DNA from: Candidatus Azotimanducaceae bacterium | GTDB lineage: Bacteria > Pseudomonadota > Gammaproteobacteria > Pseudomonadales > Azotimanducaceae | Direction: 5' to 3' | Assembly: GCA_965203685.1 (NCBI GenBank) | Contig: OZ241908.1 | Location: 2,848,940 to 2,912,939 of the forward strand | DNA: 64,000 bases | Shown: one piece after another, positions 48,613 to 56,037 of the stretch | Numbering within the stretch: position 1 is the stretch's first letter | How the letters are laid out: each line of letters begins with the position of its first letter | Notes under the pieces: model-generated | Told to the model about the DNA's origin: nothing | Database searches by the model: none | What the model saw: only the letters and a program-made list of their open reading frames with translations | Program-made: the position numbers and the translations under genes

Positions 48613-48954
48613 ATGGGCGACTACATTCCCGGCGAGAAGAGCTTGGCGGTGGCGAGAGGCATCCGACCGAGCGTGGCAGTGGACTTGGCGTTCGAATACG
48701 GCTTCTACGAGGGGGACTATGTCGTTGTCGCCGAGCCCAAGGCCCCGTTCCGCCCGCAGATGGAACAGATTCGACGCGCCGCCGAAACGAAATGGTCCGG
48801 CCAACTCGTGGCGTTCGAGGACATCGTGGCATGGACTGACGAAGGTGCACCCGACCTTCTCACGGGTAGCTGCGGAATGGCGGAATCACCGCTAAGCGCC
48901 CAGAAACGAGCCGTGCTTCTGATCAACAATGGCGTTTTCGAGCGCCATTGGTGA
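48613..48954 (+). CDS. Small acidic soluble protein, no recognised family (cassette ORF-B)
   Basis: 113 aa. GGAGG lies 6 nt upstream of the ATG, inside the end of ORF-A, and the gap to ORF-A is 3 nt. Confidence 0.5.
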   Translation: MGDYIPGEKSLAVARGIRPSVAVDLAFEYGFYEGDYVVVAEPKAPFRPQMEQIRRAAETKWSGQLVAFEDIVAWTDEGAPDLLTGSCGMAESPLSAQKRAVLLINNGVFERHW

Positions 48955-48998
48955 GCTGAGAGGCTCTACTCGCCGCCTAGACCGGTACCACCGGCTCG

Positions 48999-49274
48999 TC
49001 ATTCGGTTGGCAGCGCCTTCAGTACTTCACCGTCGATAGGGCCTTGGAAATACGCGGTGACGCTGGTTGCGAGCGCATGGTCGCGGGCGAGAACGCCGAC
49101 CTCGATGTTCTCGGCCCACGCCGAGTCGGTGCGATTCGCCGACGTAACGAACACGGCCTCACCATCCGCCACCACGGCCTTTGCGTGGGGAACCGCCGCT
49201 GATCCGTCTAGGGCCAGCGACCGTGCGTCGTAGTAGACCTTCGGTCGAGAGGAGCCTAGCCGGTCCATCTCCAA
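48999..49274 (-). pseudogene. Remnant of a PLD-like (HKD) nuclease/phosphodiesterase; C-terminal part only
   Basis: HKD motif HAKAVVADGEAVFVTSANRT (HxKx4D...SxN). The frame is closed by an in-frame TAG about 20 nt upstream of the first possible (TTG) start, so the N-terminal portion of the domain is missing. Confidence 0.6.
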
Positions 49275-49610
49275 AACTCGTCGGCAAACCGTCTAGGCTG
49301 TCTTCAGAGGTGGTGTCAGCCTTCCGTCGCTGAATTCAACAGCATTTTGACGTTCAGACTAGGAACGGCGTCCAGCCTTCTCGATCCAACTCTGGACCAA
49401 CTGTCCGATGTCCTGAGCGCGCTCAGGAAGGCGTTCTGGCTGCTGCTCCGACGACTCGACGGATCAGGGGCACAGTTTGCGTACAACCGGTTTTCGGCGG
49501 AGCTACCGCATGGGTCAGATGGCCACACGGGCGATCGACGGCATCAACGGCACGAGCCACGAAAGCAAGCACGTTGCCGAAATGGGCTCCTCGGGCTCGA
49601 GCAGTCCGTG

Positions 49611-51122
49611 ATGTCAATATCGCGGCGCCGGTTCATCGTCAGTAGTGCGGCCTCCATCGGCGCGGCCCGCATCGGTGCAGCTCGCCCCTTGCCCGGCTGG
49701 AGCAACGCGATACCGTCTCGATTGCCGATACCGCCCCTGGTCGATGGTCGCCAAGGCAACCCGATCGAGTTGCAGATTCGAACAGGTACTTGGTCCTTCA
49801 AGCCCCCCGTAAGGACACCCACGCTGGGGTTTAGCCAAGACTACCTGGGACCAACGATTCGGACCCGGCAACACAGCGAACTCAATCTGCACTACGAGAA
49901 TACGCTGACCGAAAGCGTGGCAGTACACGGACACGGCCTACATGTCCCCGGTGAGCTCGATGGCGGCCCGCAACTCGCAATCGAGCCCGATGGTCGTTGG
50001 CAGCCGAGTCTGACCATCGTGCAGCCGGCGGCTACCTGTTGGTATCACTCCCATACCCATGGGAAAAGCGGCGAACAAACCTATCGTGGGCTTGCCGGCC
50101 TGATCATCGTCGACGACGAACACTCGAACTTCCTGCCGCTGCCCCACCGGTACGGCGTCGATGACTTGCCAGTCATCATTCAGGATCGAACCTTCGATGC
50201 ACATGGCCGCCTAGTTTATTCACTAGACGCCGCGGACGAGGACGGCTGGCTCGGCGACACCGTGATTATCAACGGTGCAATAGCACCGGTTGCCCATGTG
50301 CCTGCCGGCAAAGTCCGGTTGCGACTTCTGAACGGTGCCAATGCACGTTTCTATTCGGTCGGCTTTACTGACAGCCGTAGGTTCCACGTGATTGCCAGTG
50401 ATGGCGGCTTACTGGAAGCACCGGTGCCATTGACGTCCATGAGGATGTCGCCGGGCGAGCGTTGCGAGATTGTCGTTGATATGGCCGATGGCAGGCCCGC
50501 CGGACTACTGACCTTGTTCGAAGAGGAACTTGACGACGAGGGGGGCCTCATCGGCAGATTGCTTGACCTTTTCGACAGGCTCGAGAGAGAGCTTCCTCCG
50601 CCTTCGTTGACGCTGGTGGTGGACAAGGCCCTGTCGGCGCACACCGCACCGTTGCCGGAGCAACTGGCTACCATCGTCCGCCCACAGGCAAAGGAGATCG
50701 CGCGATCCCGTAACTTCACGCTGAGGATGGATCGTCGGCGTACGGAAAACGGCCATGGCCATGGTCGGAAGCACGCCCACGCGGCGATGGATATGACCAT
50801 CAACGGTACCGCGATGGATATGAACGTCATCAATGAACGGGTCCAACGCGGCGTCTGGGAACGTTGGCGCATTCGCTCCTGGGACAATGCACACCCGTTC
50901 CATGTGCACGGCTGCTCGTTCTTGGTCGAGCGGATCGGCGGCCGACCGGCGCCGCCGGATCAGCGAGGCTGGAAGGACATTGTGTTTGTCGATGACGACG
51001 AATGGTCGGAGATTGTCGTGCGTTTCGATCACCCCGCAACCGAGCGGTTTCCGTTTATGTACCACTGCCACATCCTGGAGCACGAGGACCACGGCATGAT
51101 GGGACAGTTCACAGTCAGTTGA
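49611..51122 (+). CDS. Multicopper oxidase, CueO-like, Tat-exported
   Basis: Twin-arginine signal SRRRFIVSS. Copper-site motifs HGHGLHV, WYHSHTHG, HPFHVHG and HCHILEHEDHGMM. There is a His/Met-rich insert. ATG 49611; the track ORF starts at 49347. Confidence 0.9.
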   Translation: MSISRRRFIVSSAASIGAARIGAARPLPGWSNAIPSRLPIPPLVDGRQGNPIELQIRTGTWSFKPPVRTPTLGFSQDYLGPTIRTRQHSELNLHYENTLTESVAVHGHGLHVPGELDGGPQLAIEPDGRWQPSLTIVQPAATCWYHSHTHGKSGEQTYRGLAGLIIVDDEHSNFLPLPHRYGVDDLPVIIQDRTFDAHGRLVYSLDAADEDGWLGDTVIINGAIAPVAHVPAGKVRLRLLNGANARFYSVGFTDSRRFHVIASDGGLLEAPVPLTSMRMSPGERCEIVVDMADGRPAGLLTLFEEELDDEGGLIGRLLDLFDRLERELPPPSLTLVVDKALSAHTAPLPEQLATIVRPQAKEIARSRNFTLRMDRRRTENGHGHGRKHAHAAMDMTINGTAMDMNVINERVQRGVWERWRIRSWDNAHPFHVHGCSFLVERIGGRPAPPDQRGWKDIVFVDDDEWSEIVVRFDHPATERFPFMYHCHILEHEDHGMMGQFTVS

Positions 51123-51167
51123 TCTCATTCGGCTTTTGTCAGTGCCGGTTTGCCAAGGAGACGAACG

Positions 51168-52112
51168 ATGCTTGATACCCATGCGTCGGCGCACAAATCA
51201 TCCGGAGGCCGCACGGTAGTGGCCATTGCGGTCGTGACCGCGTTGGTCGCCGGGATCGCGCTGATGCTGACCAATACGCCGGTGGGCGCATACATCCTCC
51301 TCGACTACCTCGGCGACGACGACAGCGGCCTCGTCGCCGAGCCCGCGGCCGGACCGCTCGAGCTCTCGGAGTTCGTGACCGCCGAGGAGGCGGCCCACGA
51401 GATGCCGCCGCAGATCGACCAGCCCTCCGGCATGACCTACCTCGAAGCCGACCGCGCCTTCGCCATCGTCACCGACCAGGCGGAGCTCTTCGTCGTGAGC
51501 GACGACTTCGCGACGGTCCGCTCCGCCACGGCGGTGCTAGGCGGGCTGCTGGTGACGCGCCAAGGGCGCATGGAGGCCGTCGCGAACATCGGCGGGCAGC
51601 GGGTCGCGGTGACCGGCGAGATCGGCAGTCGCATCGACGTCTGGCGCAAAGGCGCCGAGCCGGGGTTCGCGCTGGAGACGTCGATCGATCTGTCCGACTA
51701 CGCCGGCGGGCACGATGTCGAGATCGAAGGCATCGCCTACAACGCGCAGACCGGGGAGTTCTACCTTAGCTCCGACGAGACGCTGGCGATCGCCATTGTC
51801 GACGCGACCGGACGGCTGCTGCGGGAGCTGACATTCGAGGACGACCTGCGGGAACGGCTCAAGCCGGGCCGCGCGCTGTCCGAATACCGGCTATCGGGGC
51901 TCGACTACGCCGACGGATTGCTTTACGCGGTCAGCGAGCCCTACAACACGCTGTTCATCGTCGATCCCGAGCACGGCCTAGTGCGCGTCCTAGGCATCAG
52001 GAACGGGGGACCGATCTCGGCCATCGCCGTACGAGACGGCACCGCCTACCTTCCCCTCGATCACAACTACGTCGATCCGCGTCCGCCACTGCTAGCGGTG
52101 ACCCTGGATTGA
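51168..52112 (+). CDS. Membrane-anchored SdiA-regulated/YjiK-like beta-propeller protein
   Basis: N-terminal TM anchor. Motifs DVEIEGIAYN and RLSGLDYADGLLYAVSEP resemble the SdiA-regulated domain. AGGAG lies upstream of ATG 51168. Confidence 0.55.
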   Translation: MLDTHASAHKSSGGRTVVAIAVVTALVAGIALMLTNTPVGAYILLDYLGDDDSGLVAEPAAGPLELSEFVTAEEAAHEMPPQIDQPSGMTYLEADRAFAIVTDQAELFVVSDDFATVRSATAVLGGLLVTRQGRMEAVANIGGQRVAVTGEIGSRIDVWRKGAEPGFALETSIDLSDYAGGHDVEIEGIAYNAQTGEFYLSSDETLAIAIVDATGRLLRELTFEDDLRERLKPGRALSEYRLSGLDYADGLLYAVSEPYNTLFIVDPEHGLVRVLGIRNGGPISAIAVRDGTAYLPLDHNYVDPRPPLLAVTLD

Positions 52113-52164
52113 TGACTTGGGCGTGATGGCGGTCCTTGTGTGCTGGCAGAGGTGCTGGCCGAGT

Positions 52165-52241
52165 TGGTCGGGGCGGCCGGATTTGAACCGACGACCACCA
52201 CACCCCCAGTGTGATGCGCTACCAGACTGCGCTACGCCCCG
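52165..52241 (-). tRNA. tRNA-Pro (anticodon GGG), CCA encoded
   Basis: Hand-folded 77-nt cloverleaf: acceptor CGGGGCG/CGCCCCG, D arm GCGC-AGTCTGGTA-GCGC, anticodon arm TCACA-CTGGGGG-TGTGG, and T arm GTCGG-TTCAAAT-CCGGC, ending in ACCA. Confidence 0.9.
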
Positions 52242-52352
52242 AAACTGATACCGGTAACCAGCACATCCTAGCATCCTTGCGGCCGTTTAGTGGCTCCGAC
52301 CGGGTGCACGCGCTACTATCGGACGGCTAATCCTGATTTAGGAGGAGTCAAG

Positions 52353-52814
52353 ATGGCATTACCCCAAGACATCACCCCGTTCAACGAACAGTTGGAAGAC
52401 ACCGTGGTCGCAGCCTCGGACGACGACTGGCTCGAAACCGAGCCCGGTCGGGCCTGGGTGAGACTGCTGTGGTCGCAGGGCGAGACGGGGCGCCACGCCG
52501 GCATCTACCGCTGGAAGAAGGGCTACGCTGCGCCGTCGCATAAGCACTTCGGCGCCGTGTACGTCTACGTCATCAGCGGCAAGCTGCAGGTGCGTGACAA
52601 CATCCTCGGACCCGGCGATTTCCTGTTCGAGCCGAACGGGATGGTCCACTACGCCACGGAGGCGTTAGAGGACGTCGACTACCTGATGCTGGCCGACGGC
52701 CCCGTGCTCTTCTTCGACGAGAACGGGTTCACCGGCTACTTCGGCTGGGAGGAGTTGCGCCGTCTCGAAGCCGGCGCGGAACCACCCGCGGCGGCACAGC
52801 ACGCGGCCGGATAG
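52353..52814 (+). CDS. Cupin-fold protein, 2,4'-dihydroxyacetophenone dioxygenase (DAD)/ChrR-like family
   Basis: 153 aa with cupin His pattern (PSHKHFGAVYVYVISG ... NGMVHYA). AGGAGG lies upstream of ATG 52353. Confidence 0.65.
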   Translation: MALPQDITPFNEQLEDTVVAASDDDWLETEPGRAWVRLLWSQGETGRHAGIYRWKKGYAAPSHKHFGAVYVYVISGKLQVRDNILGPGDFLFEPNGMVHYATEALEDVDYLMLADGPVLFFDENGFTGYFGWEELRRLEAGAEPPAAAQHAAG

Positions 52815-53152
52815 CGAGCTTCTCGCCGTCCAGCGCCTCGAGATAGGAGATCCTTCGCGGGAATCTACTACGGGGCGCGGTCCGTACCCCTTGCGGGGTC
52901 GGGTCCAATAGCTAACGGCACTCGTTGACCGAGTGCCCGGCAGTAATTTTGCGTCTCGAAGCACACGATGCGGACATGGGAGCCCGCACCGTGCGCACGC
53001 GCATTAGGCGCGCGGCGTAGAACATCGACGGCGGTTGACCTGCGCCGATGCGGGGTACAGTATCGGGCTCGAGGGCCGGCATTCGCTGCGGTATCGGCGA
53101 GAGCCGGAGGGTTTGCGGCGGCACCAAGCCGCCATCGAGAGGGAGTGAGAAA

Positions 53153-53602
53153 ATGGCCAATACTGCGGAACTGTCCAAGGGCGACTACGTCCAGATGGAC
53201 GAGGTGGACTGGGTGCAATTCCCCGAGGGGCTGTGCGCGGGCGACATCAAGTGGAAGCTGCTGCACGTCTCGCCGGAGGCAGGAGCCTGGACGGCGATCT
53301 TCGACTGCAAGAAGGGCTCGTCGTTCGCCAAGCACATCCACATGGGACCGGGCGAGTACTTCCTGACCAAGGGCCGGATGCACGTGCGCGGCGGCAGCGC
53401 GGGAGGCGGCGAGACGGCGACCGCGCCCGGCTACGGGTACGAAGCGTGCAATGCCCAGCACGACCATACCGAGTTCGATGAGGACAGCGAGTTCTACATG
53501 ACCTTCTTGGGCCCGCTCAACTTCATCGACGACGACGGCAACACCATCGCCCTCGTCGGGTGGCAGCAAGTTTACGAGGCCTGGAACGCCAGCCAAGGAT
53601 AG
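53153..53602 (+). CDS. Cupin-fold protein, DAD/ChrR-like family (distant paralogue of 52353-52814)
   Basis: 149 aa (FAKHIHMGPGEYFLTKG). GGGAG lies upstream of ATG 53153. Confidence 0.65.
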   Translation: MANTAELSKGDYVQMDEVDWVQFPEGLCAGDIKWKLLHVSPEAGAWTAIFDCKKGSSFAKHIHMGPGEYFLTKGRMHVRGGSAGGGETATAPGYGYEACNAQHDHTEFDEDSEFYMTFLGPLNFIDDDGNTIALVGWQQVYEAWNASQG

Positions 53603-53643
53603 GGAACGCCCGCCCCGATTGGGGAGGACGTTTCAAACGCTAA

Positions 53644-53677
53644 GGGGGGTCGCAGCGCAAATGCGTTGCGGTCCCCC
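53644..53677. terminator. Bidirectional stem-loop terminator between convergent genes
   Basis: GGGGGGTCGCAGCGC-AAAT-GCGTTGCGGTCCCCC forms a 15-bp stem with 3 G-U pairs. It is flanked by T-rich runs on both strands (TTGTGTCTT on plus; TTAGCGTTTG on minus). Confidence 0.6.
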
Positions 53678-53697
53678 TTGTGTCTTCGAGACCTCGG

Positions 53698-55968
53698 CTA
53701 GAAGTAGTAGCTGAAACTTACCGTCGTGAGCCGCGGCTGGCCGAGCGTGCCGATCACGATCGCGCCCGGTTCGCCACGCGTGCCAATGAGATCGTGGCCG
53801 TTGAAGAAGTGCTGCACGTCGTTGTAGTACTTCTCGTCGAGCAGGTTTTCCACGTGGAGAACAACCTCCATGTTCTCCCAGAGGAATCCGGCCTGGCCGT
53901 TGACGACGTTGAACGCCGGGTTGGTGACCGGGTTCCAGGCCTGTAGTCCCTGGTACTCGCCGTTGTGGCTGATCTGCACGGCACCCAGGAACTGCACCCG
54001 CTCGTTCACAGGCCGACGGTAGTCCGCGGAGAAGCCCCAACTGAACTCCGGCGTGACCGGCGGCGGCTTGCCCGTCAGATCCTGGACGCCACTGCCGTCT
54101 CCCGGGTCGAACGATGCCTGTGTCCACTCGGCCGAGATCGAGCCCGCGACGAACGACAGGCTGAGCCATTCGGTCGCCTGAATCGAGAGCTCCGCCTCGA
54201 AGCCCACTTGCTCGGAATCACCGAAGTTGGTGATGGCCTCGATGGGGTCGCCATCCTGCTGGACGAGGTGGTACTCGATCTGGCGCGCCTCGTAGTCGAT
54301 GAAGAACGCCGCAACCGATCCGCTCGCGCGTCCGGACGCCGAGCGAATCTTCCAGCCAACCTCGTAGTTGACCGCCTCCTCCCGATCGAACGGGATCAGC
54401 GCCTCGGTGTCCTGGAAACTCGCCAGGTTGAACCCGCCAGGCTCGTAGCCCCAAGACACCAGGCCATAGACCATGGCGTCCTCGGAGAACCATCGGGTCA
54501 CGGACAACCGCGGCAGGAACTCCCTATCCTCCTGCTCGGCCGCGATGCCCAGATCCCGGTTCAGGCTCTCGTTCTTCCACCTGTCGAGCCGCAGGCCCGC
54601 TCCCACGTCCCAGTCGCCGAGGTCGTAGGTCATGCTCGCGAACGCGGCCAGGTGGCTCTTGTCCCGATCCCGCAACTCCGAGGGCGTGCGAACGGACTGG
54701 AGTTCCCGCGCCGGATCCGGGACATCGCCCCACCACCAGCCGGAGACGTCCTCGCTGCCGAAGAGGAAGGCAGCATTTCCAGCGTACTGGCCGCCGCCCA
54801 AGTCAACCGTGTCGAACCACCAGACGTAGGCATTCATGACCTCGTCGAACGCCGAGTAGTAGACGCCTCCCAGCCACTGCAGCGGGCCGTCCCCTGTCGA
54901 GGTGAAACGCAGTTCGTGGGTCGTCACCTTCATCTCTTCGGGCCGCAGGAGGTCAAACAGGTACTCCTCCCGGATGTCGATGTCGGTGTAGCGGCTACTG
55001 AACGTGTCCGTGAACGAGGTCAGCCACAGGACATCCATGTCCTCGAGTTCCAAGGTGAGTTCGATCAGGCCGGCCTTCGTGTCACGCTCGTGGTGCCCGG
55101 CGGTCGAGTTGTTGACGACGTCCGGATGCTGCAGGTTGTTCGCGTTCATCTCCCGGACCCACGTATTGTTCGGGCCCTCGTATTCGTTGTAGCGGAACGC
55201 AGCGTACAGCGACAGACGATCCGAGAGCGGTCCCTGAATGGAGACCCGTCCCCCGCTCTCGTCTACCGCGCCGACATTAGTCGGATTGTTGGCCCGCATA
55301 CCGTTCGCCCTGGGCGGGTTGGTGTTCTTGATGTACCCGTCATCGGACGCGTTGAAGACGAAACCGCGAGCCGCCCAGCCGGCATCGCCGAGTGGCAGGT
55401 TGACGTGAACTTCACCGTCCACCGTGCCCTGTTCGCCGCCGAGCAGCTTGATCCTGCCGGACATCTCCTCGGAGTCCGGGCGCACGCTAACGAACTTGAC
55501 CGCACCGCCGATGTTGCTGCCGCCGTAGAGCGTTCCCTGCGGCCCCTTGAGGACCTCGATCCGCTCTAGGTCGCCGAAACGCGACGAGGCGTCGGAGAAG
55601 ATCTGTGTGTCGTCCAGGTAGAACCCGACTCCCTGCGTATTGCCGAAGGATCCGAGCCCCCGAATGGAGACGTTCGGAAACCCATCGAGACGCATGGATA
55701 GGTTCAGGTTGGGCACCTGGAAGCCGACTTGCTCGAGGCCCTTGAGGTTCTGCCGATCGATGTCATCGCCCGTGATAGCTGCGACCGACTCGGGAATCTC
55801 AAGTAGGCTCTCCTCCCGCTTGCGTGCGGTCACGATGATTACTTCCAAAGCGCTGGAAGCGCTCGCTTCTTCCCCCCCGGCATCCTCTGCACTGGCCGTT
55901 GCCGGAAACAGGAAAATCAGTGCTGCCAAGGCCCAAGCGGGCCGTAAGCTTAGCTCTCTCCCAATCAT
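53698..55968 (-). CDS. TonB-dependent receptor
   Basis: Signal peptide, plug region (EVIIVTARKREESLLEIPESV), a long beta-barrel and a terminal aromatic ...SFSYYF. GGAGG lies 7 nt upstream of ATG 55968. Confidence 0.9.
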   Translation of the reverse strand: MIGRELSLRPAWALAALIFLFPATASAEDAGGEEASASSALEVIIVTARKREESLLEIPESVAAITGDDIDRQNLKGLEQVGFQVPNLNLSMRLDGFPNVSIRGLGSFGNTQGVGFYLDDTQIFSDASSRFGDLERIEVLKGPQGTLYGGSNIGGAVKFVSVRPDSEEMSGRIKLLGGEQGTVDGEVHVNLPLGDAGWAARGFVFNASDDGYIKNTNPPRANGMRANNPTNVGAVDESGGRVSIQGPLSDRLSLYAAFRYNEYEGPNNTWVREMNANNLQHPDVVNNSTAGHHERDTKAGLIELTLELEDMDVLWLTSFTDTFSSRYTDIDIREEYLFDLLRPEEMKVTTHELRFTSTGDGPLQWLGGVYYSAFDEVMNAYVWWFDTVDLGGGQYAGNAAFLFGSEDVSGWWWGDVPDPARELQSVRTPSELRDRDKSHLAAFASMTYDLGDWDVGAGLRLDRWKNESLNRDLGIAAEQEDREFLPRLSVTRWFSEDAMVYGLVSWGYEPGGFNLASFQDTEALIPFDREEAVNYEVGWKIRSASGRASGSVAAFFIDYEARQIEYHLVQQDGDPIEAITNFGDSEQVGFEAELSIQATEWLSLSFVAGSISAEWTQASFDPGDGSGVQDLTGKPPPVTPEFSWGFSADYRRPVNERVQFLGAVQISHNGEYQGLQAWNPVTNPAFNVVNGQAGFLWENMEVVLHVENLLDEKYYNDVQHFFNGHDLIGTRGEPGAIVIGTLGQPRLTTVSFSYYF

Positions 55969-56037
55969 GATGTGTCCTCCCCTAAGAGGACCCTTTATTG
56001 TCCGCTTGATCCTTCTCCACCGCAAGTAACAGCCTTG

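Noticed and set aside
49347-49610. An in-frame 88-aa N-terminal extension of the multicopper oxidase ORF, plus small antisense ORFs (49316-49528 and 49423-49617).
   Set aside because: The Tat signal (SRRRFIV) begins right after ATG 49611, as expected for a true N-terminus. The extension and the antisense ORFs have no motifs and a non-coding-like composition. The region is better treated as non-coding or degraded.
52092-52274. A 60-aa ORF on the minus strand.
   Set aside because: It is the translation of the tRNA-Pro gene and its flanks, not a protein gene.
55969-56037. A possible riboswitch (cobalamin or TPP) or Fur box in the leader of the TonB-dependent receptor.
   Set aside because: Only about 70 nt remain between the start codon and the IS end, which is too short for those riboswitches. 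I saw no Fur-box-like AT-rich palindrome.
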